This document shows positions 25,789 through 39,300 of a stretch of DNA of 64,000 nt, piece by piece. The notes under the pieces were generated by a model that did not search any database, was not told the DNA's origin, and saw only the letters and a program-made list of their open reading frames with translations. This DNA comes from Massalongia carnosa (Eukaryota): contig OZ287075.1 in the NCBI GenBank assembly GCA_965645245.1, positions 1,116,001-1,180,000 of the forward strand, in the 5' to 3' direction. Each line of letters begins with the position of its first letter. The first letter of the stretch is position 1. Made by a program: the position numbers and the translations under genes.

Positions 25789-28290
25789 ATGAGTGATTAT
25801 AAGCTTTCGGCCTCTTTGGAAGAACATGAAGACGATGTGAGTGCCAACACGTTCGCAAAGAAACGATTTTTAGATGCTCAATCCAGAATAGGTTCGCGGC
25901 GTCGCTTTTCCACATCCAAAAGTAGTACTCTCGGCATCTAGAGATTCAACAGTCCGCGTGTGGAAACTTTTGTCATCGAACCCTTTAAAATACGACTGCT
26001 CGATATCCTCGCATGGCTCGGATTTCATAAACACTGTCACCTACCTACAACCGTCCGCAGAACACCCTGAAGGTCTTATAATCTCGGGCGGAAAGGATAC
26101 CATAATTGAAGTGCGGCAGCTGGGAAAACCACCGGAAGATAACGCACACGCTTTGCTCCTGGGCCACAGTCATAATGTCTGCACCTTGGATACCAGTCCG
26201 GATGGCACATTCGTGGTCAGTGGCAGCTGGGATGGATCAGCACGGTTATGGAGGGTTGGGAAATGGGATTGCTCGGCACTTCTCGAGGGACATGAGGGAA
26301 GTGTATGGACTGTGTTAGCATACGATTCAAAAGTCATCATCACGGGTGAATCATCCTCGAACAGCTATTTTTCCTGCAGCACAATGCTCATTATTACTTT
26401 TCAGGGTGTGCCGACAAACTGATAAGGATATTTGATGTGGCCGGGAAACTACTTCAAATCATCAAAGGCAGCAGTGATGTTGTCCGAGCATTATGCCGGG
26501 TACCTCTAAGCCATCCATTCAAGGCGGATTTTGCTTCAGCAGGCAATGATGGAATTATTCGTTTGTGGCGACTTGATGGAAGGCAGGTTGCCGAGCTGCA
26601 TGGTCATGAGAATTTTATTTATTCACTTGCAAGTCTCCCGAGCGGAGAACTTGTAAGCTCTGGCGAAGATCGAACGGTCCGGATATGGAAAGGGAATGAA
26701 TGTATTCAAACTATCACGCATCCTGCGATATCCGTGTGGGGTGTAGCTGCATGCGCAGAAAACGGCGATATTGTCAGCGGGGCAAGTGACCGAAAAGTTC
26801 GAATATTCAGTCGAGTAAAAGAGCGGCAAGCCGAGCAAGAAGTAATCCAGGCTTTTGAAGATTCGGTCAAAGACTCATCAATACCCCAACGGCAAATCGG
26901 AGACGTGGCCAAGGAGAAACTTCCAGGTCCAGAATTCCTACAGCAAAAGTCTGGAACTAAAGAAGGCCAGGTGGTCATGATCCAGGAAACGGGTGGAACT
27001 ATCAGTGCTCATCAATGGTCGCAAGGGGCTCAACGATGGATGAATGTAGGGACAGTCGTTGATGCTGTGGGTAGCAGTGGGAAAAAGATTGATTACCTGG
27101 GCCAAGAATTCGATTATGTTTTTGACGTGGACATTGAGGACGGAAAGCCAGCGCTAAAACTTCCATTTAATCTCTCGCAAAATCCATACGAGGCCGCGAC
27201 CAAGTTCATTCAAGACAACGAGTTACCAATGACGTACCTGGATCAAGTGGCAAACTTCATCATTACCAATACCCAAGGGGCCACCCTTGGGCACTCGTCG
27301 CAACCAGAACCTACAGGATTCGATCCGTGGGGTACCGGTGCAAGATACCGACCTGGCGAGAGCTCGTCAACTAACGTCCCAGCACCCACTTCCACATCCC
27401 GACCAAAAGTGCTACCGCAAACCGCCTACCTGTCCATCAAAACCGCAAACCTCCGCACAATACGTAAGAAGGTTGAGGAACTCAATGAGCGCCTCATCAC
27501 CGAGGGCTCCAAGGACCTCTCCCTCAACCCAGCACAACTCGAGCTTCTAGAACAGATGATCAGGCCCCTCGAGCAAACTCTCTCCGCCTCCGCCTTGCCC
27601 ACGCCAGCAATAACAGCAGGCATCGAGCCCGTCCTGCACATCGCCACCGCCTGGCCGCCCGCAGACCGTCTCCCAGGCCTTGATCTCCTCCGCCTCCTCA
27701 CAGCGGCCACCCCCGAAATAGCACGCTACCCATCCTCCTTACCATCCTTCAACACCACCACCACAAAAGATAACCTGCTCGGCATTCTCGCCACTAGCGG
27801 TGTATTTGATGATAGGGACCGCCCTAATAACATCATGCTCGCCACGCGTGCCGTGTCCAACCTATTCGAAACTGACGCTGGTCGCGTCCTTGCTGACACT
27901 ACTTTCGAGCAGATCCACCCCTTGGTCCGTTCTGCCGCAGCGGGTCATCTCACGAATCGTAACCTCGTCATCGCAGTCACGACATTACAGCTTAACTACG
28001 CCGTCCTCCTTACATCCCCCTCACACGTCGCCCTTCCCTCATCTATCGACCGCGGCCTAGCCCTACTGGACGACCTGACTACCATCGTGGCCCGGGCGCA
28101 AGACTCGGAGGCTGTGTATCGCGCTCTTGTCGCTGCGGGCACATTACTAGGGTTGGGGGAGGAGCTGAGGATGGCGGCGAGGGAAGTATTTGATTTTGAC
28201 GGGGCGGTGGAAAAAGCGGAGCAGAGGTTCAAGGAGCCCAGGATTAGAGGAGTGGTCGAGGAGGTTCGAGGGGCATTGAAAGAGGGGTAA
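25789..28290 (+). CDS. DOA1: Ubiquitin homeostasis protein Doa1/Ufd3/PLAA (WD40-PFU-PUL). Exons 25789-25836, 25892-26346, 26405-28290
   Basis: MSDYKLSASLEEHEDDVRGV, WD40 repeats, PFU motif FDYVFDVDIEDGKPALKLPFN..NPYEAA and PUL motif DRLPGLDLLRL. Confidence 0.95.
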
Positions 28291-29032
28291 ATGGGAGTTT
28301 GGGGTTAGGTGGGATGGATTGGGGGTTTTGGAAGGAAAGCTTTAGATCCTGCAGAGTCTGGAAGATTGAGAAAAGACGAGACCTATGAGGAAGCAAATAG
28401 GAGGCTGCGGTTCAGCTTCAACACGCATGCTATTTTTTAATCCAGATTCCACCAAAATCCCGTCTATCTTTGTTAGTTTCTCCCGTTCATTTTCTTTATT
28501 TTCTTTCTACCTACCCTCCAAATCATCCTCTCCACTCCTTCCCTATCTACCGTTCTTCCCCCTTCCTCAATCTCAACTTCTTCTTCTTCTTTAGTTTTTT
28601 TCCTTTTTTTTTTACGTGAAAGGGAGAAAAAACGAGACATCTGGAGGAGATAATAAGGCGAAGAAAAAAAACAAGAAGAACATACGAAGACCCCCACCAA
28701 AAATGGGGGTTCCAGTAGCCGTTCCACCTAATGAAGCATGCATGAAAATTGGCTAGAGAGAGGAGGTGTAAGGTAAATGTGTAAATGGACAATGAATGCC
28801 TAGTCACCACTTGAAGCGTCTTCGAGTTTTGGTATTCTTTATACCGCGTTGTACGAGTAGGTATTCAAACTATAACCTAAATATACGAAGAAGTGAAAGG
28901 CTCTTTAGGGGTAATAATGGAAAGAAAGAGACGCTCATGGTGAGAGATGAAAGAATGACCACTAGGTGGAAGCCGGTACAAGAATCAAATCGTAATGCAT
29001 GTGCGCCGTCCAGCCATTCCTCCGGTTTCCCC

Positions 29033-30541
29033 TTATCTCGAATCTTTCCCCGTCCGTATCTGCTCTTTTTCCCCTTCCTTTTCCTTCCCTCTAACCTTCT
29101 CCCTTTCCCTCTCCTTCTCCTCCTCCTCCCTAGCCAGTTCCCTCGCCAAACTGCCCCCCGGCGCATAACCCGCGTGTCCTTCCTCCGCACGCAGCATGCC
29201 CGCTTGTACTTCTTCCATGGGGGCACCGGCGGGAGCGGTGGTGGTAGGAGGAGGCGAGGGAGGGGGGGTGTTGAGAGCGGCGATTTCGGCTTCGGTAAGG
29301 AGACGCTCTTTTTCAAGACGGACTTCACGGCCGCGTTTGTGGCAATACCAGAAGACGAAGAGAAGGACTGTGGGAGGTGAGAAGGGTTAGCTTTTTTTAA
29401 AGGGTAAAATAATGTTTGAGGAGATTGGAAAAGGAAATAATTGGAGTGATGGTGAAAGGATTGAAGATGGAAAAGAGAAGAGATTCTTGAACGTACGGAA
29501 CAATGCAAGGGAATATAAAACGTTCATGCCCAAAAAGGCTGGGAAGCGGAGCTTGAGGAAATTCATGATGGCGCGTAACATGCCCGCCACGGCACCAGGC
29601 TTAGTCACAAGGTCCTTCAAACTAGGTACCCTAACTCTCAAGCTCATCTTCTCCGCAGCGCTCGCCGCGCCGTCAGTATACTTGGAGTGAAGCCCCTGCT
29701 TCTCGGCCGCGGCAGCGAGCAATTCTGGGCCTAGAGACTGAGTCATCTTAGAAGGAAGCTGCTCGATAAGTTTCTGGAGGAAGGGCGGAAGGTGTTTGTA
29801 AGAACGTTGGAGCTGGTGTTCTGAGTTTGTTAAGAGGGATTCGAGATCGTCGTAAGCGGTTGGTACGCCATTTATGAGGTCTTTGAGCACGAGGGTGAAC
29901 CTTGCAGGAGATCTTTAGCCGGGGCTAAAAGTCATGAGAAAAGGGGTAAGATACTTTTGAAGAAGTTCCTGGGATTCTTTGGAGATGGAGAAAACGCGAT
30001 TATTGACGGCTGCAAGATTCAACTTCTCCAGAACGGAGGTCATTTCTTCCTCTTCCTTCTTCGCTTCATGATCAGACACATTACCATCTTCATTCGGATG
30101 GGCATCATCTGCTTTAAGGCCTTCCGCAGCGCTCATCAGATCTGTCGCAACCACTTTCGTATCTTTTTTCTTGCTATCTCTACTATCCCGGCGTAGAAAG
30201 CTCCACCTAAACGGTTTCTTGCTATGTGTCACTACCTCCTTTTCCTTTCCTTTGCCAGTTTCTTCGCTTTCAACTGAAGGCAGAATACCATCGGGGGTGT
30301 CTGGAACATCGGGTAGAGGAATATTTTGCGCCCCATCCATTAGGGCGATTTGCGCATCGTTCCCCACACTCTCACCGGCTACGGAGAGGTTCTGCGGTCG
30401 TTCGGGAAGTGGAGGCGGTGTGCCTTCTAAAGCTATGCGATGCAAGAAGGCTTCATCTTCGTCGCTGAGTACAAGGGCTTCGGGCTTCTCTGCATGGTCC
30501 TTATGGGTCTTAGGCTTTCGAAAATGGAAGTATTCCATCAT
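29033..30541 (-). CDS. Conserved fungal hypothetical membrane protein. Exons ~30541-29955, ~29901-29497, ~29367-29033
   Basis: ORFs are joined by two canonical introns. Motifs LNLAAVNNRVFSIS, LKDLINGVPTAYDDLE, AIMNFLKLRFPAF and a TM segment LLLFVFWYCHKRGREVRLEKER. Confidence 0.8.
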
Positions 30542-31589
30542 CTTCGTCGTAGGGATGAGGTTATACACCTGTCGACAGTGAGCAGAATCTAAACTACGCA
30601 AACTTATTTCAAATACGTGAGGTTCGTATGTACTAATTCAGAGTACCTATCTCGAGAGAGAAATGCAAAGGTTGAAAAAGATCTAAAGTTGGGTATTTGT
30701 AAAACCCGTTATCAGACCCCGCAATCGTGGAGTATCAGCGCCACCATACATGCTGTCATAGCACAGCCACCCCCACAGGCGACGTCTCAATTGATGTGTC
30801 AGATGACTTTAGCCCCTTGACGGAGTACTCGTATTCTGTGTATGAATGGTTTCCATGCTTATTTGATAAAGTCTCTTAGAAGCTAGATCTGAGCATATTA
30901 TGTCCCAAAATCTGTTTACTCCATCTCAACGGGGTTAGACTTTCAGGTGATGTAGCCTACAAAATGAACGAGTTGTATGTACATATCAGGAGGAGCGAGG
31001 TCATGTACGCTTTATGTTCTATCATGCTATGTACTACCGCCTCGAATGGATGGTTTCCTAGTAAATGCAAATCATAGCTTACAAGATTTACTAGCTAATA
31101 GCTGGAATAGAGCAAAAAGGGCTTGATAGCTACACGTTTCTGGAATGAAGCGTAAGGAAAGATCAATCTCCATATGCCTAGCCTGACAGCGGTTTCTCAT
31201 TGCTGGAAAAAGATGCATGAATTCTGATTTTAGATACAATCTAAAACTCTAGGCTTAAGCATACGGTTAATGCTTGTCTTGACCTTGATTCTAAAGTCTC
31301 GCGCCAGAACGTCACGGCAGATCTAAGTGTACCTTAATGATCCCTGGCCAAAGCGTGTAGTTCATCTTGGAGAACATTAGTATTACACAAGGCCCGTGTC
31401 CAACGTAAAACAAGTACATCAATTGAGCAAGCTGGCGGTTGGCTGATGAGTGTAAGAAGTACAGATAATGAGGATGAGATGTTTCATTAGGCGTGCTTCG
31501 TACTACTATTCAAAATAGGAAAATAGCTTATATTACTTACGATACTCAGATCTCCTCCACAAGGAGACTTATACTCTCTTTCTCAATGC

Positions 31590-32935
31590 TTAATCAAACT
31601 CCCGACTTTCTCCTATATCACAGACGTCGAAAACCCCTTTTTCTTGGATTCCTTTATTCTTCAAAGCCTTCTTCAACAGCTGCGGAGGCTCTAAAACGTC
31701 TTCTTCGGTCAATACCCAAGTTCCCCAGTGAATGCCCATGGCCCTCTTACATTTTGTATCAAGGAATATGTTCGTGGAATCAAATGGGTTTGCATGCATA
31801 GATGACATGATCCACCGGGGATCGTAGGCGCCAATGGGAATCAAACCTAGATCAAATGGCCCCCGGAGATCTCCGATTTGCTTGAATGCGGGACAATGAG
31901 GATGATCTTGCTCCGGTCCATAATCATCTACGTGCTTCGGTAGCTCCGGTACGGCGCGGTAGCCAGTATCGCCTCCGAACCAGATCTTCTTCCCACCACT
32001 TTCTACACTCCAGCTTGCCCACAATGTATGTCCTTTGTCAAAGGCGGTCCTCGCGCTAGTATGCTGGCACGGAAGGCAGCCTATGCGAGCCGAAATGGTC
32101 CCATTTGAGTCATCCTTCGTCGATGGCTCCGTACTATCTTTGTCTATGACTGAGGGTTGATTGTTGGACGGCGATAACCGGAAATCTCGTTCCTCCCACC
32201 AATCCAACTCTGTGACCTCATGTATTCCTGAAGCGGTGAACCACGCTTTGTTCCGTAATGGAACGAAGAAATGGACATTTGGATGTTGTTCTTTGATTTT
32301 CATTATGGTGGGGTGGTCCATATGATCATAATGGTTATGGGAGATAATGACAGCGTCGATTGTAGGAATATCTTCAATTTGGCATGGGACGTCTGTGTAA
32401 CGCTTCGGTCCAAGCCAAGTAAATGGGCTACATCGCTCACTAAAGACAGGGTCAAACAAGACTCGTAATCCTCCAGGAAACTCCAGAAAGTAGCATGCAT
32501 GACCTAACCATGTAGCCCGAAGCGTTGAAGTGTTTCGAGAAGGAAGAAATGTAGGTTTTCGAATAGTGACATGCGGAGGTGTAGTGTCAGGAGAATTCCC
32601 CTTGCCTGTGATCCGTCGCCTTTAATGAATTAGCATGATACGCAATTATGAAGATAATTAATATACCAGATTATGGCTCGAAAAATTTCCGGTCCAGACA
32701 CATCCCGCCAGCTTTTCCACGGGTTTATGAAACCCTTTCCATCCTTTAAATGGTGTCGTTTCTCTTTGGCTTCTTCAGGCACGACGCCTGGGGTGGAGGA
32801 TGCCGAGATTGTAGCTGCATATAGAACCGCAGAAGTTGCAGAAGTTGACATCCTTATGCTATTGGAGAAGGGGCGCTTCTGCGGGTGTCTGGCCTTTGTG
32901 AGGGAACGGAAAAGATTATAAATGAAAGAGCGCAT
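31590..32935 (-). CDS. N-acyl-phosphatidylethanolamine-hydrolysing phospholipase D (Fmp30-like metallo-beta-lactamase). Exons 32935-32667, 32619-31590
   Basis: [46 protein letters not shown]. The N-terminus resembles a mitochondrial presequence. Confidence 0.9.
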
Positions 32936-33418
32936 AGGAGATTCAGCTAGGGATTGAACAAAGAAAAGTAACTTCCACTCGATATGAACTAAATTCAGTT
33001 GAAGAATAGGCTCCTACCGTATGTGCCTTGTAGGATTGAGCCGACTTAGAAAAGGAAATCGACCCGGACCGGAGTTAATGATTCCTCCGCTCGTAAAGTC
33101 ATGAAATCATAGCGCCTGAGAATGCCCAAAACACGCACGTACAATTTCTACATCTCATCCAATACATAGGAGAAAGTGATTAACGGGGACTGACGATTTG
33201 ATTTTTGCGCTCATGCAATGCCCGCGTCCTTGTCTTGTTTTTGGAACCGGAGAAAATGGCCACCGAGTGTAATTAACAGAGGCTAACCAATCGCATCTTA
33301 GCGCCAAAGAGCCTCTCGTTTATCTGTCTCTAATCTATCTAATTACTTCTGGGGAGCTAGCCCAGCACCTTTGAGCGACAGTGTTTTAAATCATGACGCC
33401 TTGAGGATTCTCCTGGGT

Positions 33419-35014
33419 ATGGAAAGAGATGATCTAGTACACATACCCCAAGCAGTCGAAATACAACAACGAAGTGATGGCCTCATTGTCTCAAGTCCCC
33501 CTATTAGTGCTCACGACGGCGGCTTTTTGGGACAGGTGTCAAGCAATCCATTCTTTACGGCGGTACGTAAATCATCCAAACGGCTTATACTCTACAACCA
33601 CTGACATTTCGTCTAGGGATTAGGATTGGCTAGCTTCGGGGCAGTTCTTGCCATTGCTCAAAAAGGACTTCGCCATGGCGCAAGCCTGCTCAAGCAGCGC
33701 CTCCTTGTCGACGTTGAGATCAATGTAAAGGACGAGTCGTACCCCTGGTTTCTCTATTGGATGACTATGCACCAGCGAGCGCAACTATCCAATGGCTCTT
33801 CCCAGACTTCTATGATAAAAAATGGGCTTTTTGAATCCATTTTGCGCCGTTTCACCCCAGGCATGCACCACCTTTCGATCGAAACCGAGAAAATCGAGCG
33901 ACCCAATGGCTCTGTTCAGACGCAATTCGCACTAATCCCAGGGCCGGGCAAACATATCCTTCGCTACAAAAACGCCTTCCTCATGGTTAATCGCGTCCGT
34001 GAAACCAAATCCATGGACTTTCAAATGGGCAAACCGTGGGAAACCGTCACGCTAACAACGCTCTACTCGCAACGGCACATTTTTGAAGCTCTTTTCACCG
34101 AAGCCCACCACCTAGCGCAACAATCTACGGAAGGAAAAACCATCGTCTACACCTCCCGCAACACCGCATGGGAGAGATTCGGCGAACCGCGCCGCAAACG
34201 CCCCCTCGAGTCCGTCATCCTGGACCGCGGGGTGAAAGAGCGCATTGTGACCGACGTGCAAGATTTCCTTGACAGCAGCAAATGGTACTATGACCGCGGC
34301 ATTCCCTACCGACGCGGCTATTTACTACACGGCCCCCCTGGAAGCGGGAAAAGTTCCTTCATCCAAGCACTCGCCGGCTACCTCGATTACAACATCGCAA
34401 TCCTCAACCTTAGCGAGCGCGGCCTCACCGACGACCGGTTAAACCACCTCCTTACCATTATCCCGAAACGCACTCTCATCTTGCTCGAGGATGCCGACGC
34501 CGCGTTCCACCACCGCCACGCGCGCACCGACCCCGACGGCTACCGTGGCGCCAATGTCACCTTCTCAGGCCTTCTCAACGCCCTTGACGGCGTCGCCAGC
34601 GCCGAGGAGCGTGTCCTCTTCCTCACCACCAACCACATTGATCGCCTTGATGGTGCGCTTGTACGCCCGGGCCGCGTCGACATGACGGTACGTATCGGCG
34701 AAGCCACCTGCTGGCAAGCGAGCAAGCTGTGGGATCGTTTCTACGGTGGTTTTGATGCACGAGCGGATTCCAAGGCGCGGTTCTTAGCTAAGTTGGAAGA
34801 CTTAGGTATTGTAGCGTCTATGGATGAGAACCAGGGTATTGCCGGACGACGAACCCGGGGAACTAGCACTGCGGCGTTGCAAGGCCTGTTTCTGTACAAC
34901 AAGGGGGATATGGAGGGGGCGATCTCTATGATTGAGAGCTTGATCGCCCCTGAGGCCGAAGGGGAGGATAGTTCTTCATTGGAGGAGGCGTCAACGATGG
35001 ATCGGGCTGCGTGA
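33419..35014 (+). CDS. BCS1: Mitochondrial AAA chaperone Bcs1. Exons 33419-33562, 33618-35014
   Basis: NPFFTAGLGL TM, WYYDRGIPYRRGYLLHGPPGSGKSS (Walker A), LLEDAD, VTFSGLLNALDGV, ALVRPGRVD. Confidence 0.95.
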
Positions 35015-36308
35015 GGGAATATCTTTAGGGGGTCGCTGGTGGAGAGTTGAAAAATTCTTCCGCCCTCCCATCAACCTCGGAGGTTGAGGGTTGGCACGGT
35101 CAAACATCCTGGATATGCTCTTCAGCGAATTTTCTCATTCCGGCTAGGACTTCCCCCTTTTAGGCTATCGTCTCTCATGCATTCTCTCTCCCTTCTTCCA
35201 GAAAAGTACATATTCCCCCACCCTCTTCTACTAAACAAATCGCCATGTCCCAAATCCCTTTCCCTCTTCTCTCTCTATATACCTACCTTGAAGTATCATA
35301 TAATACATTGATAGCTTGGAAGTTACTCGACGTTTAGCTTGGCTGGTGAGAGTTAGATAACGCGTTTACGCTTTTTAAACTAAAGTAGCCGATGTAATTT
35401 ACTGAGTACGCGCAATCTGTTAGCCCATTAATCAACAAATGATAAATCCTAATTCCATCATAGCCAGCTATCGACTACTTTCGATTACGTTGTCAACAGT
35501 TAACACGAAATGAAATAGTATCTTAGCGTTTCTAAGCTGTTCGCTAATTAATTTAGTAACTAAATATCCGCCGGGCATCTTTCCTCCGAAGCAGATTCAG
35601 TTAGCCTGTAGAGTGTACCATACTATCTAAGTATGACATGTTAGGTATTATATTAGGGGGCACGAAGAGTCCAGAGGGTGTCAGGAAAGCAAAGCTTGCG
35701 AGTGCGATTGACCAATTGAATCAGAAGATATGACTTCATCATGATGACGTTGGAAGTGGCACTTCGGAATTTGCCTGAGATTGGTTTAGCGTATATGCTA
35801 GATTCAAGTTAAAATACGGAGTACGGAATACGGAGTATAGAGTACAGAGTACTCGGTTAAATATAAAGTACTCTGTACAGATTACGACCAGTCAAGTATA
35901 TTACGGTATTCATCCTTGTCGCCCGGGTGCAAGAGGAGGAGAGAGAGATCACCAAGATCTGCGTCACCACTTCCCTGCAAGCTTGACATCTTTCTACGAG
36001 CGACTGTTTGTCATTTGTGTACGCACCCTCTCAATATGCGAGTTTAGCCTCAGTGAACAAGAATGCAAATCATCAACACTGCACCTGCGCACTTTTCAGC
36101 GCGTTGAATTCGGGGGCGTTTCCGGCACAGACTGCATCTCAAACTGTCCTCCGCCCCGACTCTGCTCCAAAATCAAGATTTGGGAAATTACTCCAATGTT
36201 GTCTCACAATAATAGCCATAGCTTTGCTGGCAGGCTCACTCCTAATTGCCTATACTAACACGGTCTTGACTCAACGTACTTGAACGTCCGATTCCTGAGC
36301 TGCCTGTC

Positions 36309-39300
36309 ATGTTCCATCGCAAGAGAGCCTACTCGAATCCGGTAAGATCTAGGCATTGTTTTTGTGGAAACTTGGGCTTGTGAACAGAGAGATCATTTAG
36401 AGATAACGATAGACTAATACTTTCTCTCCATAGCCTGCCAAAACCGCGCCGAGCGCAGCTGCATCAACAGCAGCTGTTCAGGCCTTTCTAGCCAATCGTA
36501 ATTCCAATGCGAATCTCTCAAATGCTGCGGCGGCGGCAGCGCTTCGGTCGTATACAATCAGCCCAGTCCCAGTCAGTGAGGTGCAGACGAAACGCATGGT
36601 TCAGCGACGCGGGTCCCTTTCCTCAAATGGAAGTCCAGGCGGTAGCTTTCATCGTCCAAGTGGGCTACAGCGGCAGAACAGTTCCGGATCGATGACGGAG
36701 CGAACTTTCAGAGATCCCTCGCCAAACCGTGGGGCTTCATTGAGCCTACATCCGGACGACGCGCCGCCGGTGCCAGCATTGCCTCGCAGCTATATATCCC
36801 CTCCCCCGGTACCGGTCAAATCAACGCGCCGGGCAGCAAGTGTAGAGCCTCCAGAAAGGGTCAATTCTCCCACTTTCAAAGCGGCAGGCCGGGGGGTTAG
36901 TCTGGATAGGGGCCCCGGAGTAATGCAACCAAACAAAAGAAGCAAGCAGCGAGCTCCAAGTCTAGGTAGCATCGGTGAGCCAGAACGTGGGCAAACACGT
37001 GATTCGATCAATTTTTCGCGGCCGATGAGTCCCCAGAATTCCCCTCCATCTTCACCGCTCAACGAGAGGCGCTTAAGGTCTCTTGCGGCTCCATCAGCAT
37101 CAAATTCGAATGTTCACGTGCTGGGACTTCAAGACGGCGAAGCAGATAATATTTCATACGCAATACAAGAAACCGCGAACCGCCCAGTTAAGAAGAAAAA
37201 GAAGGCCGTCGCAAAAGACATGTCCGAGGGAAGTCATTTTGCTGGTGTCAACAAAGGAAATAAACTCAATGGGACTGCGCTAGCCTCGACACCGCCACGG
37301 CAGCCACCATCGAGCTCCTCTACCCCATCACCCCTTGAACCCAAACTCCAGATCGATCGTCTCGATGATGCTCGAGGTGTAGAGCCCCAACGGAAAAAGA
37401 AACGAAACGTATCATTGATCAGTAATCAGGATCAAGAAGGGGCCGAAAGGTCTCGTTCTTTGTATACTTCCGACTCCGACACCCAGTCAGAGCGCAGTAT
37501 CTCTTCAGACCGGCCTCGAGGTTACAACACGAGAGCTGCAGGGCTGCTGGCGAAGCAGCCATCAATCGTTCGTGAAGATAGAGAGGCTGAGGAGCTAGAG
37601 GAACGGATACCTCCTGGAGATAAAGCCAGCGATAGCGCTACCAGAAGTGTATTTGCCTTGCCCGTAGGCCTCCCACAATACAATAGCTCTGCAGGTCAAC
37701 CAGCAGCTATGCTAATAGCTTCAACCCCTACTTCACTGGGTGGGCCAACCGCAAAGCCTGTATTTTGCCTTGAGCCAAACCCTGGCTCTGATGCGATTGC
37801 CAAAAACCAATCGCTTAGCCCAGCGAGAGCCGCTCACTTCTCATCCCAACCGTCTTCTAATACCCTAGAAGTGGTAAGGCACCAACCACCAGCACGCTCA
37901 GTTTCGCCTGCTAAGTCGGCTCTCAAACATTCGCCTTCCCCACGTGGTCCTTCTCCTGTTGGCTCTGTACCTGGGGCCTGGGGCCGCAGAAACGGGCGAC
38001 CAGCGAGCGAAGCCTCTGATACAACGTCCCTTATTTCTGACGACGGTTTTAAGGGCGCGCCCAGAAGAAAAAAAAGCGTAAGGGTCAGTTTCGATGATGA
38101 ATCACTCGTTGTCGGGCGTGCTGCAAGCCCTCCCACGAGTCCAGATTCTCCCGTTATTATGAGCCCACAGAATAATGATGGTTCCAGCAGAGAATGGTAT
38201 CCCAGTAGTCGGGAGAAAAGAGAAGTAGGAACATCGACTTCCGAGACAGATACAGCCATACAGCCAATACCAGCCCTTCCTACTTTTGGCAGCGTTCGGG
38301 AGCGAAAGGTCCAGGGGAGCTTTGATCAACCTATTAGTTTCAAAAATGATCAAACACCTCAGGCAACCCCCGGTCGAGTGGAGGCATCCAGCGATATAGT
38401 TATTGGCAACGTGCTTGCCCAACATCATAGAGATAAGAATCAAGGCCGATTCAATGACTCGATACCTCCAAAAATTACATTTATAGAAGGAACAGGACCT
38501 CGACTGGATACAGGAGATAGCCATTCGAATCACTATAGTATACACCCTCCGACCGCCGTAGACGGGAAGCTGCCTTTACCCCACGTCGAAAATGCACCAA
38601 ATCAAACTACGGCTTCAGCTAAGGGTTCCGATCAAGCGCGGCCCGGGTCGATCAGTAATGGATTAATTCCTTTCATTTCAATCCTGCCTGCTACCCCAGG
38701 GGTGGAGACTCCACGTACAGAACAAAAGGGCTGGCTTAGGATTCCAGGCCAATTCCCTCTGTCGACTGAGTCACTAGTTGAAGATCAAACTTCGGTGCCC
38801 CCGATTGTAGGGCATCACGCAACCGATCCCACACCTGCTGAAATTGGAATCGCGGAGCCTGAGCCAGAACCCGCAGCTGCGAATCATGAACCGGGGCATC
38901 CCGCTGTTGGAAGTGTTGCAGATGGATTACGCACACAAATTAATTCACATATCGATGAGTCCGAAGACACTGCCGAAAGCATTTATAGCGATGCAGCAGA
39001 GGATCTTTCGGATATCGAAGGAGATGGGTTTGGTTCTATCAACGCAATCGTTGAAAGCCCTCCCGATATAAGGCCCATCTCCCTGCCTCATCCACAACTC
39101 GAGTCAAGCAAGGCCGGGTTAACTGCAACAAGCGAGCGGCCCAGTATGTTAGGCAGGAATGAGAGCGAGTTGTCCGAACCGGCTTCGGAGGAAGGCTGGG
39201 ATCGAGCGCAACAATATTGGTCTGGTTTAAGCCAAACACGAAAACAGCAGCTGGAACGAGCAGCTATTCCTGGCGCTGCGGATGAACGTCCAGCTGAGCC

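Noticed and set aside
28796..29508. 194- and 212-aa low-complexity ORFs
   Set aside because: They are shadows of the last exon and intron of the hypothetical membrane protein in skewed sequence.
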